Below are positions 13,640 through 26,138 of a stretch of DNA of 64,000 nt, piece by piece. Location: contig JAQGDQ010000900.1 of the NCBI GenBank assembly GCA_030141605.1, forward strand, positions 18,375-82,374, in the 5' to 3' direction. Source of the stretch: Tubiluchus corallicola (taxonomy: Eukaryota; Animalia; Priapulida). How positions within the stretch are numbered: position 1 is the stretch's first letter; the number at the start of each line of letters is the position of its first letter. The notes beneath the pieces were generated by a model. The model searched no databases. It was given only the letters and a program-made list of their open reading frames with translations, and was not told the DNA's origin. The translations under genes and the position numbers were made by a program.

Positions 13640-14720
13640 GTGAGTTTTCTATTTAGTGACATGTAGAACGTAAGAAGTGCCAGAGAATTCATCAGAATCG
13701 GTAGGTGCCAGAGCTGTGCCTAGCTGGATTCCTAACTGTGGCGCCCGGGGGGGGGGGGGTAACTTCTGGCCGCCCTTTTAATGTCCCCCCAATCATTTGT
13801 TTCGTTGGTGAAGCCACAAATTGTGCATCCCTGAGCCTGGTTTTCCTTTTTCCACCTGATGGAATAAAGATAAACGATTTTTTTTTCTCTAAAAATCGCC
13901 TCGAGTTTGATTTGTGGTACTGCAGCAGAATAACTGTTTTCTATGCATAAATTGCTCATAACACGACAGTCATTAAACATTCAGCTCCAGCATTAAAACA
14001 TGCAAAGATTATGAAAGATACAGAACACTACAGGTTTTCCTAACAATACAGTCTGCATTTGGAGAATAACACTTCTGTTTCTCCCAAAATTATTGATCTG
14101 CTAACCCAAACGACACCCTACACACGCCCAGTAAATAACAACATTAGCCTTTTTTCTAGGATGTAGGCAGTAACTAAGTCAGCCACGATGATGCAATGTC
14201 GATGTACATAATTTAAAAACCTTTGTTAATTGTTCTGTTAATGTCGGATTAGTAATTAATAATTAGCAGTCATAGAACTCTAGAAGCCCTCTCACCCTTG
14301 CGCCCCCAGGAAACTCCCACCTTGCTAGGCCTCTTTTCCTAAACCCCAGACCAAGAGTTGATGCAATGCTAAATAAAATGTCTTAATTTATGAAATTTGT
14401 GGCCTAAATTGGTCTGTGAAGAGGGCTTATTGTATCATTTTCAATAAAGATTTTTAATAATAATAATAACTGGTCTGTAAATATTTCAAATAAATGAATT
14501 TGGAACTAAATTGTCCGACTGACTAAATACCTAGTAACAACCCTGTCTTCCTCAGTAGGGAAGTTCTTATGTTTTTTATCTATGAAACTGTAAGCTACTA
14601 GGAAATTATAGCCTTAAATTCGTTACTTCATCAAGTCATACTCAACATCCATGACTTAGTTGACAGTACCTGTGACATGCTAATTTTTATAAGGTCCTGT
14701 TACTTTTAATTTGTTTTCAG

Positions 14721-15351
14721 GTTGAACTTAAAACCAAAGAGTGAAACACCGATAGTCGATGAATCAGAAGACCCGCCAGTTGAACTTAATGGAATCGCTC
14801 CAGACGCAGTTAAACGAGCTGAAATTAATAATTTTGAGCCGGATGAACTAGTTCCGCGAGACAGGTGTTCCAAGTGTAATCGTTTCTTGGCAAAACTGAC
14901 GCAGATTTTAGAACTGCTGTCTCTGACTCGGTTAGAATACAATACATGTTCTAATGCTTGCGAAAATCAACAATATTCCCTGACCTGCGACTGCTCTTCT
15001 TACGAAATGACTCTTGTGCGGACATCTCGAGCCGCCATATTGAAAGATGACGTCACCGCAAATCGTGACATGCGCAAAGCGAACGAAATCCAGACAGCTG
15101 AAAACAATGCACGGAGGCGCGAGTGTAGTAACATTATATCTATGACGTCCCGGTGTTTTGAGACGCTTTGGTCTATGCGAAGATTCTACGTAGTGTTTTT
15201 ATTAGTAAAATTATTGCTTTCCATAGCATTCGTGTTGAAGTACAATGATTTTAAATCACCAGTAGATGCGCCGTTCATAGAACGTGGCTACACCATGGAG
15301 GACTTTTTCTGGTCTTTGTTTGAGACAAAGCATATGCCTACTCCTATCTGA
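14721..15351 (+). CDS. Gene A exon 3 (CxxC...CDC motif, transmembrane helix, KASH-like tail ending HMPTPI*)
   Basis: Acceptor ttgttttcag|G fits phase 2. Total CDS is 1479 nt, in frame. AATAAA at 15444. Confidence 0.8.
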
Positions 15352-15653
15352 AAACGCAAACAAATATTTTTGGTATTCTGATTTGAATGACGGTTAATAT
15401 CACCTTTTTATACTGTATCAGCATCGACTGTGCAGTGATGCAAAATAAACAATGGCGCTTTTTGGGCAAACTATTAGGCATTTAGCCCTTTTTATTGATA
15501 TTGATAATCACTTATCATCAGTAAATTGACTGCTTCGTCTCCCACGTTGTTATTATTATTCCTATATGTCACAATAATAATAATAATGATGATGATGATG
15601 ATAATGATGATGATGATGATGACGATGACGACGATGACGACGATGACGATGAC

Positions 15654-15755
<102 letters not shown>

Positions 15756-16013
15756 CTACTATTATATTAATATTCTTGGTATGTTATATATATATATATA
15801 TATGCCAAGAGGAAGAACAGGGCTACATGATGATGTGGGCTATATTTTAGGGTACGTCCACTGAGAGGAGTAGCGACGAGTTAATTAGATGTTCTATTTT
15901 CGGCAATTTCCGCTTAGAAAACTGCTGACGCAAAGCTGTACCTGTGCGATTATGCACATTTCCATTTCGTATTTCGCTTTTGATACTCTCTTTAAGTGCG
16001 TCCCGGCTTACCC

Positions 16014-16523
16014 TCACACCGGGTTGTGGCTCATCGATTGTGCCATTTTAGCGGCGGTGTAGCGGACGGATCTCCGAATTGTATATATAGCCTCGACCGA
16101 GCGATGAGGCAGGCTCTGATGGAGGAATTTTGCCAGCCCCATTTTTTTGAGGTGGAACTTGAGTCCTGTTCGGCCATGAGCCTGAATTCGACATCCGTCC
16201 ACGGTGTACCAGCGCCGTCGGCCCTCTCCCCCCTGGGTCAAGAGACTGTTGTTATTTTCAACAGGATGAGCCCACCTTCTATGCTGTTGGCATCCCGCGT
16301 GCGTTTTAAAGAAACGGGAACATTCTGGACAGCGGTGAGCATCATCCTGTGACGGCTCGCTACCACTGCTCGCTTGAGCTGTTTCTTCAGGTACTCTGAT
16401 GGAACAATACCTGTAATGGCAGTGCAGTAGGCACTCTGGTGTGATGGCCACAGTTTTTCGCACTTCGCACATCGGAATTTGAGCCTATGGACGCCCAATC
16501 CATGGTTACTTTCACATGAACTT
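16014..16523 (-). mobile_element. Frameshifted N-terminal fragment of an R2-like non-LTR retrotransposon (zinc fingers + Myb)
   Basis: FRCAKC...CHYRYC (CCHC finger, across a frameshift), CPECSRFFKTHAGCQQHRRWAH (C2H2 finger), then a Myb-like RRRW...LPHRSVEAIYTIRR..RY. This is the R2 N-terminal domain order. Confidence 0.75.
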
Positions 16524-16610
16524 TACTCACTCACTCACTCACTCACTCACTCACTCACTCACTCACCCACTTACTCCCAGCTTGTCAAGATAGAGTGTGC
16601 GCATCCCGCA

Positions 16611-16757
16611 AACCTACAGCACCTGCTATTCCTAGTCGGTCACCCATCCAAGTACTAACCGCCTTTACGTCGCTTAACTTCGGTGATCAGTCGAGAACCC
16701 TTGTCGTCAACCTGATTTGAACAACCGGTATTTTCAACGCCGTAATTGTGTATAAGC
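16611..16757 (-). pseudogene. 5S rRNA-derived sequence (pseudogene or SINE3-type head) with ~27-bp insertion
   Basis: The + strand reads cctacagcacc..tattcc..gtcggtcacccatccaagtactaacc...gcttaacttcggtgatcagtcgagaacc...ggtattttcaacg, i.e. the reverse complement of a degenerate metazoan 5S rRNA. Confidence 0.8.
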
Positions 16758-17009
16758 AGATGCTCGTGATGTACAAGAATTGCAAACTTGCTACATAGGA
16801 ACATGTACAAAGGCGTATAAATTCTCCTCAAATACCAGTAAAATCCACACTAAGTTTCGTTTATTGTATGATCAGTATACAAATCAGTAACAGCAGTATA
16901 CAAACATGTTTAATATTAGCCTATATCGATTCGATTTTTTTTTACTTTTTCAAGAACGGAGGTGAACGACTTAAAAAGGACAAAAACTCGGATTTCCGTC
17001 ATAAGTAAT

Positions 17010-17206
17010 CTAGCTTGTCGCCCAGGATTCACAAATATACTGAAATTTTGCCCGCAGGATGGCGCAGCTTTCGCCATCGCCGTAATTATCTGGTTGGCCA
17101 TCTGCTACGTCCCAAGAAGTAAAAAGAGCAGGTCGCCCTGTTGCAAACCACCTCCAGTCACCCTCCTCGTGTATGTCGGTTAAACCAATCCAAAAATGCT
17201 CACCAG
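17010..17206 (-). pseudogene. Isolated C-type lectin domain 3' exon, apparently internally deleted
   Basis: WIGLTD..EGDWRW, W...QPDN, E.C and YICE motifs, with an acceptor ttttttaataaag. The WND.C segment expected between CAIL and YICE is missing. Confidence 0.65.
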
Positions 17207-18128
17207 CTTTATTAAAAAACAAAATATATTTGATATTAAATTTGCTTATTTGCCATTATATTTTCATATAATATAACACTTATTTAACTTTTATACATTC
17301 CATAGCAATTATAACGTACTTTACCACTCCCATGAAACACTAAAATAACAAATATTATCAGTGAGTTTTTTTCGAAATTTTGACCAAACAGGATGCAGAA
17401 AAAACGTTCTAGCCGCGCCTGGTGGGACTCTCGGAAGGAGATATATGGCTTTTTAGAAAGAGAAAGAACAGGGTTACACGATGATGTGGGCTATATTTTA
17501 GGAGACGTCCACCAAGAGGAGTACCGACGAGTTAATTAGATGTTCTATTTTTGACAATTTTCGCTTGAAAAACTGCTGACGCAAGCCATTGTTCGGATAT
17601 CATCCATTATACTCTGCTTATAACCTTAAACTTTAATTCTGTGATTTGGCATTTTTTTCTTGAACGAGTTAAGACGGTTGAAGAAGAAGGGCGGATGATT
17701 TTTAATTGAAGTATCTGGTTTCTAGCACGTGTACTGAAAAATTATAATATTTCTTCACCCCCACATGTAGAATTACTGCAAATTGTTAGCACGTCCCAAT
17801 CGCTAGTGAGATTATTATGACGTAACGCTTGTAACAATGACGTAATGTCTGACGAAATTACTAGTGTCATGGCTATGATCAAACTTGTAACCAAGGACGC
17901 CAATATGGCACAAAGCAGAATGGTAGTAATGGGGCGCGGATTCTAGATAAACTGCCAACATTTTAGATTTTCGCACGTTGAAATTAGGCAGGTTTAGCTG
18001 TGCTCACAAGCGAACTTCATCAACTACTACGGTACAACGCCAACGTAAATTCAGCCCATTTATGACGTCACCGGAATGAAGGGGTTATCAAGTGGCGGCG
18101 GAAGTAGATACTGACCAAATTACTGAGG

Positions 18129-18296
18129 ATGATTGTCCGAATGGATGGATTTCCTACGAAGCACAGAGCCTACCTACCTGACCACCTCACAGTGGTCAAC
18201 AGTTTGGAGAAGAACTACCAAACCAACGTCCAGCTGTTTCAGGAAGCGGAGACCTTACTTAGGGAGACCTTCGAAAAAATAGTCAACCTACTTATG
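18129..18296 (+). CDS. Gene B exon 1 (predicted ~390-aa paralogue of gene A)
   Basis: ATG followed by 56 codons and a phase-0 donor ATG|gtaagc. Similar to the 3' end of gene A exon 1. Confidence 0.7.
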
Positions 18297-18919
18297 GTAA
18301 GCAAAGCGTTATAGAATTTCTTCAATAACGCCTATAAATCGATAACCCCACGCTGGTTTGTTAAAGCACGAGAAAACCCTTTATAAACGTAAAGCTTAAA
18401 AAATTCGTCTTGAAATTTTACACCACTTACATACTGTCTTTTTACATACAAGACTTGCGTCAGCAGTAACGCTATGTAAAACATGTACATAAACATAAAC
18501 TCCCGCGATGGCCGTTAGATGCAGCCATTTTGCCGACAGGTTTACAACAAGTTTAACAAAAGTTTAACAAGGTGAAACAAGTTTAGATAACATACATTGC
18601 GTGAAGTTTGAAATAATAATCACAGCATTCACAGCATAACTAAGCAAAGAATTTGTATTACTTTATATTCTCAGTAAGATTAAAAATGTACTTTTGGTGA
18701 ATCAGTTGTGCACACTGGGAATAGTGAAACAGTGACGTTGACGCTTTAACAGTTGGCGCGAATATTTTAATTTTTAGAAAAAATCTTTTCCATTATATAC
18801 GTCTTTCAAACAGGTAAGTTTAACGCTAACTAAGATAACTCTGTTTTGGAATTTTTTTTGGGACGTACTTTAAAATTCTGTTCTTTTCCCTTTAACAGTC
18901 AACGCCCGTCACTGGAAAA

Positions 18920-19558
18920 TTAGTTAAAAGCAGAACTGGACCCAATCTTAAACTGTAGGTCAAAACAATCTACTCTTTAAAATATTGAAAGGAAACATAC
19001 TATTTTTTTTCAAAAATGACTTACGTGAAAGAATTATTACCACACAAACACAACTTCACGTTCACGCCACTAGTTCTTCACTATTACATGCATTTCGCCA
19101 TTCGCTACTTAGATGGGCACTAGCGCCTGTGTTTCGGAAAAGCATTGCACAAAAACAGGTGCTGTACCTTTCAGCTCAGATGTGTTAGCTACTGACGAAC
19201 TACGCACATTGTACAGCTCATGCTTGCGTACAGCGGTAAATTTGAAATTTAAATTTTTATCTCAAAACTTGCCTAATTTCAGCACAACACACTGAATATC
19301 TTACAGTATCACTGTACTTCCATTTTCGCTTTCGCAAACACGTTCAACACGCTCGCAGACTATTTTTGCTGTTGAAAATTATGTTAGTTTGTGATGTCAT
19401 CAATAGTTGAGCTTGGCCGCCATTAATTAGGTTTTTAATCTATTATTTAATTATCGGAAACGCTTTTGCAGTATTAATTGTGTTAAAATGTATACTTTTT
19501 ATCGGATTTGAAGTAGCATTTGGAGTAGTATATGAAAAATCATCCTCTTTTCCTTTAA
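18920..19558 (+). mobile_element. Dispersed repeat family B (ends ...AAAATCATCCTnTTTTCCTTTAA)
   Basis: Homologous to 7440-7623 and 31800-32183, and inverted to 56316-57210. Confidence 0.7.
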
Positions 19559-20018
19559 CCTCTTCAGTCCCAAATTATTTTTAATAAGAAAAATGTTTTG
19601 GCTTGGTACTTTTGTTCAGTATGCCCATCTTGTTTACACATAATTATTTTTTTTCTACCTGCGCCCGCGTGCTAAATATAGCCTGTATCCCACGGGATAC
19701 ATTGGGATTCAATGGAAGCGTAAAATGTGCTTCATTTTGCAACTGCTGATAATTTTTTAAAGTATTTAAGACATTTAGTATGCATGCTATGCTGATCTGT
19801 ACAAAGTCGTCTCTAAAGTACTGTACCTTGCACAGTTTTTTTATGCTATGTAGATTTTCTAGTTTGCCATTTTATCACCATTTTTAGTCTATTGTTATTG
19901 TCTTAAATAAAAATAACTATTAACAGATCAAATAACTGTCAGTTTTAAAATTTTATTAATTTTAAAGGCAGAAAATATCATCGTATCCCACGGGATACAA
20001 CGGGTATGAAAGGGTTAA
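19555..20018. mobile_element. piggyBac-type MITE (TTAA-flanked)
   Basis: TTAA-CCTCTTCA ... TGAAAGGG-TTAA termini. A close inverted copy lies at 33588-34003. Confidence 0.8.
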
Positions 20019-20116
20019 GATTTCTGCTTTGCAAGTCTGTCATCATACTTTTACGTTTCTGCCCTTTGTGCAAATAAGTGCAGCTTATAATCAGGTTTTT
20101 TACTTTGTGAATTTAG

Positions 20117-20301
20117 GAAGCTTGTGACAGTGTTCTAGCTAAGAATGAAGAACAAGCTCAACTCATTCTACTCCGCCTGCAAAGAGACGTCAAAATTCTC
20201 TACCGGATTTGTGAAGATTTTGGCAAGTCAGCTTGTAAGCTAGCCGTGTGTCGCCATCAGTTGTCAGCAGCCGGAATGAAAGAGTTGGATCGCTGTTCGA
20301 T
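20117..20301 (+). CDS. Gene B exon 2 (absent from the ORF track)
   Basis: Acceptor atttag|GAA and donor AT|gtgagt. Open frame EACDSVLAKNEEQAQLILLRLQRDVKILYRICEDFGKSACKL...; same phases (0/2) and similar size to gene A exon 2. Confidence 0.8.
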
Positions 20302-21003
20302 GTGAGTAAAGTTCGTTTCTTGCCGTATAGGTGGCAGCACCATGGTGAAAATATCAGTGAGGTAAAAAAACGATGGTAGGAAGTAAAATCATCAGTATAA
20401 TGCAAAGAAGAAGAATGGAAAACGGAGCGGGATAGATAAAAGAAAGAAAAGGATAGATAACAGAAAGAAAAAATAAGGAAGAAAAAGAAAGAAAAGGGGA
20501 GAAAGGAAAAGAAAGATAAAAGAAAGAATGAATGCATGAACTAAGTAATAGGTATCCTATAAACGAACAAAGCGAACATTCAAATGAACAAAATTGAAAA
20601 TGATGGGAGAAACAGGAGGGAAAAAATGAAGAATAGAAAGGTTGGCGAGGAAGAAAGGGAAATGTGGGAACACAGAAAAGAAAAAAAAGAGATAAATATG
20701 AAGAAGGGATCTGGAAGAAGGCAGGTAAGGAAGCCAATGATACAAAAGAAGGAAGGACATTAGGACAGTGAGACTAGTGACTTTCAAATGCTAAGAAATC
20801 AATAAATAAGTAAATAAATAAATAGAGAATGAATAAACACAGAGTTGATAAAGGAAACAAGAAAAATAAGAGAAAAAAAGGTAGATAAAGAATGGAAACC
20901 AAGCTGAGAAGAGCAAATAAAAGAACAAATTGGTACAGAATTTAGGTTTTTGGCAAGATACAGGTACAGTTATGTTTTAATACATACATATGTATTACAG
21001 TCA

Positions 21004-21363
21004 ACATACACATACACACACACACACACACGCACACGCACACGCACACGCACGCACGCACGCACTCACTCACGCACGCACGCACGCACACACTCACGCA
21101 CGCACGCACACACTCACACACAAACATACATACATACGCACATACATACATACATACATACATACATACATACATACATACATACATACATACATACATA
21201 CATACATACGTACGTACGTACGTACATACATACATACATACATACATACATACATACATACATACATACATACATACATACATACATACATACATACATA
21301 CATACATACATACTCCCATACATATGTACATGCACATATACATACATACTCTCATACATACAT
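21004..21363. repeat. (CA)/(CACG)/(CATA)n microsatellite; others are (TA/TATTA)n 3700-3950, (CT)n 36838-37098 and 39344-39440, (GA)n 53028-53204, (GAGT)n 16524-16567 and 58996-59312
   Basis: Direct reading of the sequence. Confidence 0.95.
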
Positions 21364-21448
21364 AGGTCCACTTTTTATGAGGATAAACATCGTATGCAGT
21401 TAAGTAGCCATTAAACAAAACACATTACGGTATTTATGTTTTTTACAG

Positions 21449-22268
21449 ACCTGATTTACCTTTCCCGCGCAGTTCAATTCTGTCTGCAGGTACAACTAGA
21501 GTCGTACGAGCGCCATCTACCGCCATCAATGAAAACCGCAAGGTTACATTTCCACTGATAAGCAAGGAACCAACCGGAGCTTGTCTAAAATGCGTGTACT
21601 TCGGCAAGGAGCTGTCGGATTTTCTGGGAACACTGTCATTGACGACCCTCGAATCTTTTGCCAGATCAGATCCTAGCAACGCTGATAAGTACAAACTGCT
21701 CTGCGACTGTTCCTTGTACGAATTGACCGTCAAGCGTCTGTCAGATGTCTCAAAGAGTTACAGCGAACCTCTCGGCAAGACGGGAAGCTGCGAATTACAC
21801 GCGGTGGAGAAACCGCTTCAGGCGTCATTCCCGAGCGTGGAAGAAGAAGAAGAAGAAGAAGAAGAGGAGACTTTCTTAATTTCCAAAGAAGATGACGTTT
21901 TTGGTCCAGCTCATGAAAATGAAGACGAAACTCCAGAACATCAACTAGAAGAAGTAAAAGCTGTTGATTCTTCCAGCACCATATCCACATTGAGTCTTTC
22001 TTCCCTTATGGAGTTCATTTTCTTGTTCGCTTTTCTGATACCTTTTAAACTGGTGGTTTATCTAGCTGAGCTGCCATTCAGATTCATTATATACATGTTC
22101 TCAGTTCAGTTCTTAGTCATTTTAACGATGCTTAGTTGGCTTGTTTACTATCTTGAAATTTACAACCGTTCAAAAGCCAACGAGCCAGACCGTCTTAGTT
22201 TGCTGGAGGTGCTCTATAGTAAATTGTTCAATACGAACCACATTACGCCCTGTCCCATGTATTCTTAA
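21449..22268 (+). CDS. Gene B exon 3 (CxxC...CDC motif, poly-E, long hydrophobic segment, tail ending HITPCPMYS*)
   Basis: Acceptor ttttacag|A is in frame with ORF 21594-22268. Total CDS is 1173 nt. AATAAA at 22343. Confidence 0.8.
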
Positions 22269-23267
22269 AAAACATCACTGTCATTCATAACTTGTCCCGT
22301 TCACCACCGTTTAAGAGTTTGATGGTGTCGCTGCATTGCTGGAATAAACAATATGACATTTTCGTAATACGAGATTGCAACATTGTTTTTAATTTCAAAA
22401 TTTTCATTTACCTTACTGTCATGAATGATTATAATATCATCTACAAATACTAGTCTTACATAGGGAAATTGGTGCACGAGGATGTGTCGCTTCCAAAAGT
22501 CACGATACTGATATTAAAGATTAGAATGAACGACGACAAGTATGATGATTATGGTAACGAATGACAATAACAATAACAATGACAATTATGACAAGAATAA
22601 TGATAATAATGATGCAATAGGCCTAATATCGACAGTTGATGATGATGAAGATAATGATGATGATTATGATAATGACGATGACGACGACGACGACGACGAT
22701 GATGATGGTGGCGATGACGATGATAATGATGATGATGATGACGATGTTTATGCTTATGATGATGATGATGATGATAATGTTGATGATGATACTGGACCAT
22801 GTGATGACGAAAATTGTGACAGGGGTTATTATTAGTATCAGCCGCACTGATAATTAACAATAGCATCTCGACGACGACGTTGATGAAGCTTTTCGTGGAT
22901 GCTAGATGGCGTTTATATATACATTTACAATTATTGTTCTTAACGGCCCAAATCCCAATGAAAACATCACGAACAAACACACAAACAAGCAAAACTCTGT
23001 TAAACCGTCACACTCAAAATCATAATTCATACATGTCAGTCACATAATCTTGCTCCAAATGCCACGTGTGATGAGTTGTATTCGTTAGCAGTGTTGATAA
23101 TCTCACAAATCTTACCTGGTAGCTAATAGCTAAAACTGTCTATAGGACGCAACTTTAATTGAAACTTTATCACAGCAAACTTTATCACATCAAATCTACT
23201 ATGCTCAACTAATAAAGATGTCTATTGTTTAGAAGTTTCAATAATTTTGCAATTATTCAAAAGCTAA

Positions 23268-23594
23268 GGCCCATTTCACAGTGAAGACGCGAGGCAAAAT
23301 ACCTCTCTCAGTTCCTCGTGAGGAATTATGCCGCCAGCTAGAAGCTATGCGTCCTCCTCGTGAGAAACTTTTTCGCATGGTAGAAGTACTGCACGTTCCA
23401 TTTCTGTGAGAAATTTTCGAGGAATTCAGTCTTAAATTGAACTACTCAATTACTTTCTTATTTAACGAACAACAATTAACATATTTCAGCGTAAAATTAT
23501 AAGATTTAATCTCTCTTATAACAGACTGACGATTATGCAACATCGGTGACTATGTTTGTGAAAAAGAAAAGTAACCCGCGCACACACGCACGCA

Positions 23595-23649
<55 letters not shown>

Positions 23650-23710
23650 GCACACACACACACGCACGCTCGCACGCACGCACGCACACGCACGGACGCA
23701 CGCACACACG

Positions 23711-23745
<35 letters not shown>

Positions 23746-23999
23746 CATTTATGCATATTTTCAGATTTTGAAGTGGTTATTAGAACTTTACTAAAAAACA
23801 AACAGGTCTGACATTACTTTGATTAACATGTTTATACAGTATGAAACTCGTAAAGTAGCTGCAGCTAACTGGACGCGCGAAAAAAAACCGCCCAGTTTCA
23901 CTGTGAAATGAATGGAATTTCCAGAAAAAATCGGAAATTTTCAGAAAATGTTCTTATTTTCTCACACCGATTCCGTGCGTCCTCGCTGTGAAATGAACC
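23268..23999. mobile_element. PIF/Harbinger-type MITE
   Basis: TIRs GGCCCATTTCACAGTGAAGACGC / GCGTCCTCGCTGTGAAATGAACC with TAA on both sides. Internal (CA)/(CACG) microsatellite. Confidence 0.8.
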
Positions 24000-24095
24000 T
24001 AAGACTGTAGACGTCTTGTACACCGTGGAGTTAGGATCGACTCAGACCTGTCAAGGCGTTGTGGTTACATGGCCAAAATTGGAAACGTCTTTACG

Positions 24096-24660
24096 TATGT
24101 ATGTATGTATGTATGTATGTAGTTTACTGACTAAAACAAGTTACATGTGTACACGAGGAACGAGGTCAATGCCACAATCGATACATTAGTGATTTTAGTC
24201 CAGATTGTCACTTTACGTACATTTCCTACTCAAGGTTATAGCATTAAAAACAGTGTTATGCATACAAGGTACATCAGCATAAAAGTTGCAAAATTTCATA
24301 ACATATTATATAACAATTAGGGTGCTCAAAGAAGTGAGTTAAATCAGCAAAGTTTACATTGTCGTAGCGGTTTCTAATATTTGATGTTAGGGGGCGTGTC
24401 TGTATAACGTGTTTCTCAGTTTGAATGTCCTCACAAGGACATAACTTGGCTGTCTCGCCCATCTACCCGATTCTATCCGCAGCCTATGTGACTGAAGACG
24501 CATTCTTGTGAAGCTCGTCCGATGATGCTCAAATATTGTCGATTCAAAACGAGGAGTTTCGAGACCGGGGTTCAATTCCAAGTAGGTTACATCGAGACTC
24601 GTGTTCCAGTACAAGATGCAAGTTCTAAAGATTCATCGAGACAGAATGGTGTCTGTCCAA
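24096..24660 (-). mobile_element. Degenerate LINE 3' fragment with (TACA)n tail
   Basis: TRMRLQSHRLRIESGRW..LCPC..IQTEKHV across frameshifts. Confidence 0.75.
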
Positions 24661-26138
24661 ATCTTTAAAGTACACACCTATTAATATTCTCTAATCCTCA
24701 AGGCTTTAACAAAAGGCCATTGACCAGCCATGTACAAGCCGAGAGATATTGCTACAAGCTATATAATTCTACAGCCTTTCCTCGCCTGTTCATTCATCTT
24801 ATTAAACTGGATCGACTTTCTTTTGTTGGTAAATTTTAAGCTCTCGCAAGCACACATTACTGAATGCTCTCCATTCCACTGTCATTGCCCTCTGTACGGA
24901 TTTGCTTGACGAATTCTGAAAGGACAGTTTTTTTTATCATAACCGGTTCAGCTATTCGTCCGGCATGCTGCCTGCTCGAGCAGACGACATGAGAACCGAG
25001 TGGGATTGTGGAGCTTAAACAAGCATATAACTAACGTCCAAAAATGAGAATATCAGCTGTCTAGACGTAACAATGTGCTTTGCAAAAAAAAAATCGATAA
25101 AATCTTACAATTGTCTTTAAATTGATGTAGTTATTTACAAAAAATCTACGTTTCGTCCCGCCATCTTTATTTTTAAGGCGCAAAATGTCACTTTTACTAG
25201 CGATTATTTACCTCACGAAAGGACTAGGCAGACGTTTGAAATCCGCGATGTCGTCTTCTTCATCAGACAGAACGCACTTCAGTTTTGTAAAGTGAAAAGA
25301 ACAGTGCTGCATAGGTTTAATAATGTCTGTTTACCAGTTATGGCTAGAAAAAGGATCATTGAAAACCAGTATTGTGCAAGAAGATTTCTGTTTATTTTCC
25401 GATAGGAAACAGACATTGTTAATGAGTACACTTAAGGTTCTCATCGTTTTCCTAAAAACATTCCCAATCTCGGCTTTAACTCGCTGATTATTGTAATTCC
25501 AGAGCCCGCAGGATGAGGAGATTATAACAGGTGAGCTTTGCTCTGACAACCTTCCCATTTCAGCGAACAGTGAACACGCTGTAGCAAAGAATGTAGCCAC
25601 CGCGGGGCAAATGAATGCCCAGTGGACCATCCCGGCCGCATCGCCACGTTTGCGGCACAGAGGGTATCAGTTCAGTTCTGTCAGTTTACTAAGACGCGCG
25701 CATTTGTCTGTACTAGAAGTTAAAAATCAATAATTACTTAGAGGAAACTTCATTTCAGCAGGTGTTGGTTCGATTGATATGATTTTATAGGAGTCAGCTT
25801 GGTTTGATTTTATAAGGAATAACCAGTTTGTGCCGGAAGATACTTTAGCAAATGGATGTGCAACGCTGATATACATTGGAATTGACTAACATGTGACATA
25901 CCTCTGGAAACGGTGCTGATATTGTTATTAGAGAAGAGCACTGCACGATTAAAATAGGAAAATTTCAACATTGTTAACCAAGATTGACGTAAATTGATGG
26001 TGTTCTGTGTTTAGTGAACGCTATAAAGGTTCTGATTCAACAGAAATAGGGAGGTTGGCATCTAATGACGTAGCAACAGAATGACTGCTCGAATATAACA
26101 CGGATTGATCATAGAATTAATATTATTTTAGTGCCAAC

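Noticed and set aside
25222-25270. Possible minus-strand hammerhead (CTGATGA...CAAACGTC)
   Set aside because: The GAAA box is mutated and stems I/II are not convincing.
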